Notes under the pieces: model-generated
Databases searched by the model: none
What the model was told of the DNA's origin: nothing
The model's input: the letters and a program-made list of their open reading frames with translations, nothing else
Shown: positions 40,971 through 49,968 of the stretch, in pieces
Layout: every line of letters starts with the position of its first letter
Numbering within the stretch: position 1 is the stretch's first letter
Made by a program: the position numbers and the translations under genes
Source of the DNA: an uncultured Phycisphaeraceae bacterium
GTDB lineage: Bacteria; Planctomycetota; Phycisphaerae; Phycisphaerales; UBA1924
NCBI GenBank assembly: GCA_964484185.1
Contig: CAZAEQ010000002.1
Span: 144,013-208,012, forward strand
Direction: 5' to 3'
Length of the DNA: 64,000 nt

Positions 40971-43472
40971 ATGAAACCACTCCTCGCCATTCTCACCGTG
41001 TGCTCCCAGGTCCTTGCCGCCCAATCGCTCCTCGCCCAGGGCACCAGGGCCGACTATGAACGCGCTGCGAAAATCGAACGCCTATGGAACAGCGCCTACA
41101 CCGCCCGCGACCTCAAGCCACAGTGGCTCAGCGGCAGTTCTCTCTGGTATACGTCCATAGTAAATGGTCACCCGCAATACACTTTCATAGATTGTGCAAC
41201 CGGGATCTCGCGTCCCCTGTTTAATCACCAGACTGCAGCGCAGTCGCTCAATCTCGACCCAGGTTCTCTCACTTTCGATCGACTCGAAGTGATCGCTGAC
41301 CGTGCGCTCGCACTTTCGACATCCGGCGGAATCATCTGGTCTATCTCGCTCGATACCAGCGCGGCAACACTCGCGGCAGAAGCCGATGCCCGCCGATTCC
41401 ATCTGTCGCCACTCCGCGAACCAGTTCCAAGTCGCGTGAGTACGCTCTCGACCGCCATCATCCTCAAGAACTCACTTCCCACCAAGCTCTCCATATTCTG
41501 GATTGATGCTGAAGGACGCCGCCATCCATATGCCGCGCTCCCCGCAGGCGAAGTTCGTCGCCAGCACACGTTCGCTGGCCACACATGGATCGCAATTGAT
41601 GACGATGGCAAGACCCAGGGCATCTATCAAGGCGGCCCGCTTCCCGCGATCGCCCTCTTCCCCGCACTCGCTTCCGATCCAGAGCCTTCCAAAGCCGAGC
41701 CGACTCCAAACCAGCCCGCGCCGCTGCCCGGCAACGCGGCGCCCGACAACTCCTGCTCCATCATTCAATCTAATCACAACCTCGAACTTTTCCTCGCGTC
41801 AACAGGCGCGAAATCAGCTATTACCACTGACGGCACAGCCACCGACACATTCGATGGCCGCCCGATCTTTTCACCAGACTCAAAGCACGCGATCGTGATG
41901 CGCACACGCCCCGCGCAGCGTCACCCGGTTCACACTGTCGAATCCTCGCCGCGAGACCAGCTCCAACCGCGGCTTCACACGCAAGACTACCTCAAGCCCG
42001 GCGATCAGATCGCCGTCTCAAAGCCCTGGTTCATTTCCCTCCCCGATGGCGCAGTATCCAAAGTCGATGATTCACTCTTCCTCTCGCCCTGGGACCTTTC
42101 CCACGAGCACTGGCTTCCCGATTCTTCCGAGTTCCTCTTCATCTACAACCAACGCGGCCACCAACTCATGCGACTGCTCGCCACCAATCCGAACACCGGC
42201 GCGGTCCGCACAATCATCGATGAACCCTGCACAACGTTCTTCAATTACTCCAGCAAACTCTTGATTCATTACCTCGACACAACCAGTGAAGTCATCTGGG
42301 CCAGCGAACGCGATGGCTTCAATCACCTCTACCTCTACGACCTCAAGACCGGCTCGCTCAAAAACCAGATCACCAAGGGAAACTGGGTATTTCGCTCTGT
42401 CGACTTTCTCGATGAACCTCGCCGCCAGATCACATTCCGCGCCAGCGGCATCATCCCGGGCCAGGACCCCTACTACATCCATCTCGCCCGCATCAACTTC
42501 GATGGCACGGGCCTGACTGTTCTGACCCAAGGCGATGGAACTCACCAAGTCGAATGGTCACCCGATCGCTCCCATTTCCTCGATCGCTACTCGCGCGTAG
42601 ACATGGCGCCAGTCCTGGAACTTCGCTCCATTGAAGGCAAACTGATCTCCGAGCTCAGCCGCGCTGACACCGCCCCACTTTCAAGCGCGGGCTGGAATCC
42701 GCCCGAGCGCTTCGTCGCCAAAGGTCGCGACAATACCACCGACATCTACGGAATCATCCACCGACCATCAAACTTCGACCCTGCAAAAAAATATCCAATC
42801 ATCGAAAATATCTACGCCGGCCCGCACGACTCCTTCGTCCCAAAGTCTTTCGACCCCGCATACGGGCATCAACAGGAAATCGCCGAACTCGGTTTCATTG
42901 TCGTACAAATAGATGGCATGGGCACCAACAACCGCGGCAAAGTTTTCCACGACTTCTGCTTCAAAAACCTCGCAGATAGCGGCTTCCCCGACCGCATCGC
43001 CTGGATCAAAGCCGCCGCCGCCAAACACCCCGAAATGGACATTTCCCGCGTCGGCATCTACGGCGGCTCCGCCGGCGGCCAAAGCGCCATGCGTGCCCTC
43101 ATCGACCATCACGATTTCTACAAAGCCGCGGCGGCAGACTGCGGCTGCCACGACAACCGCATGGACAAAATCTGGTGGAACGAAGCGTGGATGAGCTACC
43201 CAGTCGATGCCAGCTACGAAGCCTGTTCTAACGTCACCCAAGCCCACAAACTCCAAGGCAAGCTCCTGCTCACAGTCGGCGAACTCGACACCAACGTCGA
43301 TCCGGCTTCAACAATGCAAGTAGTAGATGCCCTCATCCGCGCCAACAAAGACTTCGATTTCCTGATCATCCCCGGCGCGGGACACGGCGCGGGCGAATCA
43401 AATTACGGTCGCCGCCGCCGTCAGGACTTCTTCGTTCGCAATCTACTCAACGTCGAACCAAGAGCAAATTGA
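40971..43472 (+). CDS. S9-family dipeptidyl peptidase / prolyl oligopeptidase (DPP-IV-like), secreted
   Basis: Signal peptide, beta-propeller region, and the catalytic serine motif GIYGGSAGGQSAM plus the C-terminal Asp/His region (GELDTNVD, PGAGHG). Confidence 0.88.
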   Translation: MKPLLAILTVCSQVLAAQSLLAQGTRADYERAAKIERLWNSAYTARDLKPQWLSGSSLWYTSIVNGHPQYTFIDCATGISRPLFNHQTAAQSLNLDPGSLTFDRLEVIADRALALSTSGGIIWSISLDTSAATLAAEADARRFHLSPLREPVPSRVSTLSTAIILKNSLPTKLSIFWIDAEGRRHPYAALPAGEVRRQHTFAGHTWIAIDDDGKTQGIYQGGPLPAIALFPALASDPEPSKAEPTPNQPAPLPGNAAPDNSCSIIQSNHNLELFLASTGAKSAITTDGTATDTFDGRPIFSPDSKHAIVMRTRPAQRHPVHTVESSPRDQLQPRLHTQDYLKPGDQIAVSKPWFISLPDGAVSKVDDSLFLSPWDLSHEHWLPDSSEFLFIYNQRGHQLMRLLATNPNTGAVRTIIDEPCTTFFNYSSKLLIHYLDTTSEVIWASERDGFNHLYLYDLKTGSLKNQITKGNWVFRSVDFLDEPRRQITFRASGIIPGQDPYYIHLARINFDGTGLTVLTQGDGTHQVEWSPDRSHFLDRYSRVDMAPVLELRSIEGKLISELSRADTAPLSSAGWNPPERFVAKGRDNTTDIYGIIHRPSNFDPAKKYPIIENIYAGPHDSFVPKSFDPAYGHQQEIAELGFIVVQIDGMGTNNRGKVFHDFCFKNLADSGFPDRIAWIKAAAAKHPEMDISRVGIYGGSAGGQSAMRALIDHHDFYKAAAADCGCHDNRMDKIWWNEAWMSYPVDASYEACSNVTQAHKLQGKLLLTVGELDTNVDPASTMQVVDALIRANKDFDFLIIPGAGHGAGESNYGRRRRQDFFVRNLLNVEPRAN

Positions 43473-43655
43473 CACACTGTGTCCATGCAACCATCAACGC
43501 CAACATGCAACGCCCCATCCCCGCTAAAAGAACCGGAAGCGTGAGCGCCCGGTTGAGCACCCAACTCAATCCAGACCCTCAAGTGAAAGCGCGGGCGCAG
43601 CTTTCGCCTCCTGGCCCACTCTGTTAAACTATGTCCGTCGCATCATATTACGTTA

Positions 43656-44246
43656 TTACGTCTGCAGAGTATTCTTCACCAACCGCTCCACACTGTGCAC
43701 ATCCGCAATTCCAAGAAACCCGCGCGGCCGATACACCCGCCGCTTGTTCTGCGAATACCCCGCATATACCTCTTCAAAAACCAGATCCCCGCCGCCATCA
43801 GGTCGCTCGGTCTTGCTCATTGAATCAAGCTGTGCTGCCTTGTACGAATACACACTTCGCACAGCACTATTCCAGTTCCCCTCAATAACAATCGCCCGCC
43901 GCGGCGTGAGTCCATACACCGACCGCGCAGCCCGCCTCCTCGCCGCCCACCCTGTTCCAAATGTCATGACACAACCGATGATCAAAAACGGCAATCCAAA
44001 CAACGGAAAGAACGATGGCGGCCCAGACTTGTTCGATGCCGCGATCATCGCAAAAGCCCCACCCATCCAGAATAACGCAAAGCCTCCAAAGATCAAACCG
44101 AAAACGCGCAACCCCTTGAGCCCGCGCGAAAACGCCTTTGAATCCGGGGCTGCCGTCCACACCAGCTTTTCTCCCTGCTCCAACTCGCGCTTGAGTGCAT
44201 CAAGCAACTGCTGTGAGGGCTCACCCGGCATTCTCAATTCATCCAT
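43656..44246 (-). CDS. Hypothetical membrane protein (2 TM plus a small bacterial PH-like C-terminal domain)
   Basis: TM helices VFGLIFGGFALFWMGGAFAMIAA and FFPLFGLPFLIIGCVMTFG. No known motif. Immediately downstream of the DprA-like gene. Confidence 0.4.
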   Translation of the reverse strand: MDELRMPGEPSQQLLDALKRELEQGEKLVWTAAPDSKAFSRGLKGLRVFGLIFGGFALFWMGGAFAMIAASNKSGPPSFFPLFGLPFLIIGCVMTFGTGWAARRRAARSVYGLTPRRAIVIEGNWNSAVRSVYSYKAAQLDSMSKTERPDGGGDLVFEEVYAGYSQNKRRVYRPRGFLGIADVHSVERLVKNTLQT

Positions 44247-44381
44247 GGGATAAGTCTACCGGAAACTACAGCGTTCCGCCATCGAATCGAGCGATTGCTC
44301 AACCCACACCAGATAGGTCACCGATCTGGCACGACATAGTGATGTTCAAATGGACAGCATTCTATCGATACACGCCATTGC

Positions 44382-45644
44382 TCATACTCGACAATACCTT
44401 TGCGGTTTCAACTGCTTTACCAATCTTCCTTCTGCGGTCAGACGCTCCAACCACTCTTTCGCCTGCGTGTTGGAAACCTGCAGTTCTGCACCCACTCGAG
44501 CAACCGTCAGAGGTGGCTGTATTCGATCAACAATCGCGCGAACTGTTGCCCAAAGTTCCGCGGCAGGGGCCGGCGTACTGGCTGTCACTTCTGAATGTGC
44601 CTGAGATTTTGACGCAACCTCGCCATTCCTGAGATTCACGGGCTCGGACTCGATCGCGCCGAAGAGATCCTCTGCTTTTTCTAGCTTCCCAATCGATTTC
44701 GGTGGGTGGCTCGATAGTGCCTCCATGAACATTGCTGGCGTCCTGGGTTCCGGCCAGTCAATCGCACCGCGATTCCGAAGCGACACAAGGCCTTTTCCAA
44801 GCTCTCCGGTGGCGCGTACGAAAACGGGAACAAAATGCCACTTCTGCAGTTGCTCTATCGCGCCAGCCCATGTACCACCCTTCTGATATTCTGCATTCAC
44901 AACGAGCGCGGCATCCGATATCGCATAAATGATCTTGTTGCGCTGCATGGCATTTCCGACGTTGAAACCCGCTAACGGATCAAATGGAGAAATGAAGGTG
45001 AGCATATCATGCATTAGGTATTCCCTGTGCTCACCATTCAGCGCGGCTCGTTCCAAAGAGTCCGCTAACACGCCAACAGATTTTCCCTCACCATCAGCTG
45101 CCCCGCGCATTGCTGCCTGATCGATTCCGCGAGCGCCGCCTGAGACCAGTGTGCAAGACGATCTGGCAGCTAGACGACCCACTTCATGGGAGTACCTAAG
45201 TAGCTCATCGCTAACATCACGAGAACCAACAACTGCGAGCCCCCCAGATTCGAGTAGTGACCGGTTTCCGCAACCATAAAGCACGGGTGGCGCATGTTCC
45301 TTCAGCCGCTCGCGGAGCCGTTGGGGGTAAGTGGAATCTGCGCGACTTGTGACCCAAATAGAACGTGCCTGCCATCGGTCCAACGCTTGGCTGAGGAGGA
45401 ATCCTCGCTCTAGAAGTCTCGCCAATCGAGCACCGGCAATTCCTGCAGGGTCATTCCGGAAAGAGCTGTGAGATTCTTTCCCAAGAAGATCTGAAGGCTG
45501 CTTTCCGCTCTCTTGTAAAACTTTTTCGAGTCGATTGTACTCGCCGAATGATAATAGCTCGGACGAACTTGCTTCGCGACCAACGATCAGTGGCGCTGTT
45601 AGAAGCAAAATAGCCTGAGCGTTTGATGAATTCCGTCCACTCAT
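44382..45644 (-). CDS. DprA/Smf-like (SLOG/Rossmann-fold) protein; putative toxin or effector partner of the upstream RecQ-PRTase (PsyrT/RqlI-like)
   Basis: Full DprA architecture: N-terminal SAM-like ([26 protein letters not shown]), Rossmann core ([47 protein letters not shown]), and C-terminal winged helix. Overlaps the helicase gene by 4 bp. Confidence 0.78.
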   Translation of the reverse strand: MSGRNSSNAQAILLLTAPLIVGREASSSELLSFGEYNRLEKVLQESGKQPSDLLGKESHSSFRNDPAGIAGARLARLLERGFLLSQALDRWQARSIWVTSRADSTYPQRLRERLKEHAPPVLYGCGNRSLLESGGLAVVGSRDVSDELLRYSHEVGRLAARSSCTLVSGGARGIDQAAMRGAADGEGKSVGVLADSLERAALNGEHREYLMHDMLTFISPFDPLAGFNVGNAMQRNKIIYAISDAALVVNAEYQKGGTWAGAIEQLQKWHFVPVFVRATGELGKGLVSLRNRGAIDWPEPRTPAMFMEALSSHPPKSIGKLEKAEDLFGAIESEPVNLRNGEVASKSQAHSEVTASTPAPAAELWATVRAIVDRIQPPLTVARVGAELQVSNTQAKEWLERLTAEGRLVKQLKPQRYCRV

Positions 45645-47764
45645 GATTCATGCCCGCTCACGGCAAGAGCATAAGGGAAGACCTCTCCGCTGCCGTGTTT
45701 ACGAAGAAGCCATGCACCAATAGTAAGCGTCCAGCGCGAATCTACCATATCATCCACCAGTAACACAGGTCCACCGGGTACCGCTGTAGAGCAAATTGCT
45801 AATGCCCCGTCGACGTTCCGAGCCTGCTGGACGCTATTTTCCATTGTCTTTTGCTCAGGGCGACCTTCGGTTCTCTGCAATACCTCCATGAATGGAAGCC
45901 TGAGTGTCAGTGCGAGTCGCTTCGCGAAATCCGGGACCAGATTCCTGTGTCTGAGGGAGGGAATACACGTAACCCAGGTAGGTCTGGGGTGTGGCCCCCA
46001 TTTGTCCATCAAGTTTGCGCTGGCCACAACCAACTGATCATCGAAGCGACCGTCCTTGTACTTGCCGCGTTTCACAAGACCACCCCATCCTGCGTCACCC
46101 CATACGCAAAGCGCTCTCCCGGGTCGTGCCTGTAGCGCAATGTCAATCCTTGAACTCTTGAGTCCAAACTGGGGTAATCCTCCAGAAGGCCATTGCCGGC
46201 GTAGCTCGATTTGGATATCTGAGCGACGAAGAAACGAAATGGCTTCTTCAACGATTTTCATATCAATCTTTGTTGCAAGCGGCAACGAATCGATAGAACC
46301 CACAACATCTGATTCCCCATCGAGCGCTTTGATCAGAAACTCCATATGCCCAGATGTAAGATCGACGTATCTCTGCATCTGTGCTTGCTCAGCGCGCCTC
46401 AATTCGGTGAGCCTCGCAGCCCGCTCCCAGAAGGACTCGCACAGCTCTGAAGACGTAAGTTGCCACTTTGCCCCCTGCTTGACCACAGGCGAAGGAGATT
46501 CCAGCGACAGCAATACCAAGGCCTTTTCGATTCGACCTTTGCTGAGGTATATTCGACCAAGCAGTTCCGGAACGGAGAGCCCGTCCCCCTCGACTCCGAG
46601 AGCGCTTAAAACGACCTGCACGTCTTCTCGCGTCGGAAATGCGCTCTCTAGAAAGTAGTTGTTGATGTCGCTCTCTTCTTCTCCACTCAAGAGTACTCCT
46701 CGCGCCGACGCAATCGCTCTTCCCGCGCGACCGACCTGTTGGTAATACGCCACCACTGAACCAGGCGTCTGGAAGTGGATCACAAAGGCAAGGTCTGGCT
46801 TGTCGAACCCCATGCCCAGCGCAGTTGTTGCGGCTAGAGCCTTTACTCGGTTTGCGAGCAACGCATCTTCCAACTCTGGGCGTCGCTCGCCAGTTTCGCC
46901 GGTGTAAGCCTCAACATTTAGGTTCCGCGACTTCAGCCAATCGGCAATCTGTACAGCATCGCGAACCGTTAAAGCATAGATAATTCCGCTTCCCGGCAAC
47001 AGCGGAAGCTGCTCGGCAAGCCACGCGAGCCGCTCGGCCTGACCTGGCATGCGAATTGTTTGCAGCCTGAGAGATGACCGATTTAGGTTGCCGCGACTGA
47101 CTTCAAGACTTGGGCCAAGTACTTCTTCAAGGTCAGCCATAACACGGTGGTTTGCGGTGGCGGTTGTTGCGAGCATCCGCATGTTGACTGGCAATTGCCG
47201 AATAATCCGCTCGATCAATCGGTAATGTGGTCGAAAGTCGTGGCCCCAATCAGAAATGCAGTGGGCTTCGTCAACAACCAACAAGGAAATCCGGGCCGCA
47301 ACGTGCCCAAGTACATCAGCAATGAATCGTTCGTTGGCAAGGCGTTCTGGCGAGATAAGTAAGATATCCACTTTGTTCTGCCTGACCTCAGCTTCGATCG
47401 TCGCCCAACCTTCATGATTGTCTGAGTTGATCGTGACCGCACGCAATCCCATTCTTTCTGCCGCCGCAATCTGATTACGCATTAGTGCAAGGAGAGGAGA
47501 GATGAGCAGTGCTGGCCCCGAACCCTGCTCGCGCAGCAGCTTTGTCGCAATGAAATATACAAAACTCTTTCCCCATCCGGTCCTCTGCACAACGAGCAGC
47601 CGCCCTCTTCCCTCAACAATGTGGCGAATAGCGTGCTCTTGCTCGTCGCGAAACTGACTGTCGCCAAGACCTGTGCCGACTCGTAGGAGGTTTAGTGCTC
47701 GTTGGCTATCGTAATTCATCGTTGAATCCCTATTAACTTGGTACAATGCAACCGACCGATCCAC
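45641..47764 (-). CDS. RecQ-family DNA helicase fused to a C-terminal ComF-like phosphoribosyltransferase domain (PsyrA/RqlH-like)
   Basis: Helicase motifs I ([14 protein letters not shown]), II ([19 protein letters not shown]) and VI (QQVGRAGRA). The C-terminal about 230 aa end with a PRTase-type PRPP loop [16 protein letters not shown]. Confidence 0.8.
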   Translation of the reverse strand: MDRSVALYQVNRDSTMNYDSQRALNLLRVGTGLGDSQFRDEQEHAIRHIVEGRGRLLVVQRTGWGKSFVYFIATKLLREQGSGPALLISPLLALMRNQIAAAERMGLRAVTINSDNHEGWATIEAEVRQNKVDILLISPERLANERFIADVLGHVAARISLLVVDEAHCISDWGHDFRPHYRLIERIIRQLPVNMRMLATTATANHRVMADLEEVLGPSLEVSRGNLNRSSLRLQTIRMPGQAERLAWLAEQLPLLPGSGIIYALTVRDAVQIADWLKSRNLNVEAYTGETGERRPELEDALLANRVKALAATTALGMGFDKPDLAFVIHFQTPGSVVAYYQQVGRAGRAIASARGVLLSGEEESDINNYFLESAFPTREDVQVVLSALGVEGDGLSVPELLGRIYLSKGRIEKALVLLSLESPSPVVKQGAKWQLTSSELCESFWERAARLTELRRAEQAQMQRYVDLTSGHMEFLIKALDGESDVVGSIDSLPLATKIDMKIVEEAISFLRRSDIQIELRRQWPSGGLPQFGLKSSRIDIALQARPGRALCVWGDAGWGGLVKRGKYKDGRFDDQLVVASANLMDKWGPHPRPTWVTCIPSLRHRNLVPDFAKRLALTLRLPFMEVLQRTEGRPEQKTMENSVQQARNVDGALAICSTAVPGGPVLLVDDMVDSRWTLTIGAWLLRKHGSGEVFPYALAVSGHES

Positions 47765-47954
47765 CGTTCAACACGGTCGTACATATTAGACACATTATTA
47801 AATCTCCCGCGGAATGCCCATCGCCTCAAGCACCCGCTCTGCCCACTGCTCCTTCGGCATCGCCTCCACGTCAATCCACACCCTCTGTGGTGTCAGTCTC
47901 AAACCCGTCAACCTCCAGCGATGCTGGTAGAATCGAAAAACAGAAGAGCGTGGG

Positions 47955-49562
47955 TCAGCCGCGATCAGACCAGCGACTGAAATCTGCTGCAAATGCAAGA
48001 ATCGCCCCCATCACCCAGAGGAACGCCTGAACAATCAGGGCACTTGCCAGCGCGTGCCACATCGTGCACCGAACCGCCGTGCGCCCAACAAGCGAGTAAA
48101 CCACGACTCCGAAGATCACAAACGGCCACCCCATCGAGATTGCCGCGGAATATTCCTTCAAATCAGTCGGAAGGCCCAGCACGGCGATGCGGGGCACGGT
48201 GTAGGCAGAGTAGCCAATTCCCAAAATGCCGATAAAGAGCGCGCCGAGCAGAGCTGGCGGCCAGAAAATCGGTCTCTTTGCTCCCCATCCGGCAAGACCC
48301 AGAATCAATGACAACCCAATCCCAAAGTGTGCGGCGCCCAGCACACCAATTGCGAACATTTTCATCCAAGCCGCCGACTCCCGTGTGTAGAACGCCACAT
48401 CAGCCGCGATTGGTCCGGCAATCGCGCAGAGCGGCATAAGCATTGCCACCACGACCCATCTCCGGCGTATGAGTTCCAGCCCCAATCTGTACCAGATCGA
48501 ATCTGGCCCCGCCTTAAGAGGCTGTCCGCACAGGTAACGCTGCACATCGTCGCCGAGTTCTGCTGCAGAACGGTAGCGATCTGCACGATCCTTCCGCAGC
48601 GCCTTGAGCGGAATCCACTCAAGTTCGCGGCGGAGTTGCGAGGCCAGTTCGTCCAACGCGATGTTCCTGGCTGCGGCAATGGCAGTGTTGGCGTCCCCCA
48701 ATCTGGAGAGCTTGGTGCTGGGGCGTGGCGGGTCGTCCTCACGAATCATCTTCCTGATCGCAGCATCGCCCGCGGCACGAAGCGTTTTGGAGTCAAAGGG
48801 CAATGCGCCAGTAAGCAACTCGTACAGAATCACGCCGAGCGAGTAGACATCCGAGCGTGTATCGATGTCCGTCTCAGCCATCTCGGCCTGCTCCGGGCTC
48901 ATGTATTCTGGGGTACCGATGAGTTGCCCCTGCGCCGTGTAGATCGTCTGCTCGCTGAGCCGGCCTGCCAGCGCCTTGGCCACACCGAAATCAATGATCA
49001 CCGGACGAGCCTCGGAACCATCGGCAATCGCTACCAGAATGTTGCCGGGCTTGAGATCGCGGTGGATGATCCCTCTCATATGCGCGTGCTGAACCGCCTC
49101 GCACACAGTCGCAAACAGCCTCAATCGTTGATCGATGCTCAACCGATGCGTGTCACAGTATTCCGTGATAGGTGGACCTTTGATGAGTTCCATGACGAAA
49201 TAAGGACGACCTCCGCCGGGAGAATCCAGCGGTATGGTGCCCGCATCAAGCACTTGAGCAATGTTAGGATTGTTCATCATCGCCAGAGCCTGCCGCTCTG
49301 CCTCAAATCGCGCGACAACGGCTTTGGAATCCATTCCCGGTTTAATAACCTTGAGCGCGACCCGCCGCCGCACTGGCTCCATCTGTTCAGCAAGATACAC
49401 CACGCCGAAACCGCCTTCGCCCAGCAATGAAATCAGACGATACTGGCCAATCATCTCTCCAGGCTGGTGGTTGGCGTCTGAGGTAGTTTGTCTGAGAGTC
49501 ACAGCCTTCGGTTCACCATCAGGGCTCGGGCCAAGCGAGGCAGTTGGTGAATCGTCGTGCAC
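47955..49562 (-). CDS. Serine/threonine protein kinase with a C-terminal polytopic (about 6 TM) membrane domain
   Basis: Hanks kinase motifs GEGGFGVV, VALK, HRDLKPGNIL, DFGVAK, GTPEYMSPE, followed by six hydrophobic helices. Confidence 0.88.
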   Translation of the reverse strand: MHDDSPTASLGPSPDGEPKAVTLRQTTSDANHQPGEMIGQYRLISLLGEGGFGVVYLAEQMEPVRRRVALKVIKPGMDSKAVVARFEAERQALAMMNNPNIAQVLDAGTIPLDSPGGGRPYFVMELIKGPPITEYCDTHRLSIDQRLRLFATVCEAVQHAHMRGIIHRDLKPGNILVAIADGSEARPVIIDFGVAKALAGRLSEQTIYTAQGQLIGTPEYMSPEQAEMAETDIDTRSDVYSLGVILYELLTGALPFDSKTLRAAGDAAIRKMIREDDPPRPSTKLSRLGDANTAIAAARNIALDELASQLRRELEWIPLKALRKDRADRYRSAAELGDDVQRYLCGQPLKAGPDSIWYRLGLELIRRRWVVVAMLMPLCAIAGPIAADVAFYTRESAAWMKMFAIGVLGAAHFGIGLSLILGLAGWGAKRPIFWPPALLGALFIGILGIGYSAYTVPRIAVLGLPTDLKEYSAAISMGWPFVIFGVVVYSLVGRTAVRCTMWHALASALIVQAFLWVMGAILAFAADFSRWSDRG

Positions 49563-49822
49563 GGGTGATTCCTCGAATATTCTGCCAGTGATATTACGCC
49601 ATGATCGCCTTCGCTGGCTGGCGATACTCCACGCGCCGACATCGAACTGCCAGGTGCGGGCCGCGTCACAGGATGTTCGCGGTGGTGCGACCGGTGACTC
49701 GCTTGTTCAGCACACCGTCCATGTTGGTTCCTCAGGGTGCGGACACAATCCAGAACCACGATTGAACTGGCAGCTTGTACCGACACATCGCAGAAGAGTG
49801 GCAGAAAATCACGGGTCGAATA

Positions 49823-49836
49823 GGGGAAATTTCCCC
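49823..49836. promoter_or_regulatory. Perfect 14-bp palindrome GGGGAAATTTCCCC in the 406-bp intergenic region upstream of the repeat-protein gene
   Basis: Direct reading; about 130 bp upstream of the ATG at 49969. Confidence 0.3.
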
Positions 49837-49968
49837 CATCGCCCCTTTCCAAGAACCAGGTAGTTTTTCAATTCTGTGCAATTAAGACTGGTCACCGGAA
49901 CTTGTTGGCACTCCCCAATAACTGACCCGCACTGCGTAACTCCATGACTTACTAATAAGGAATGTATT

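Noticed and set aside
43473-43655. Spacer before the accessory segment inspected for a tRNA or att site.
   Set aside because: No tRNA-like T-arm (GGTTCGAATCC-type) or cloverleaf-compatible sequence was seen. The insertion target remains unidentified.
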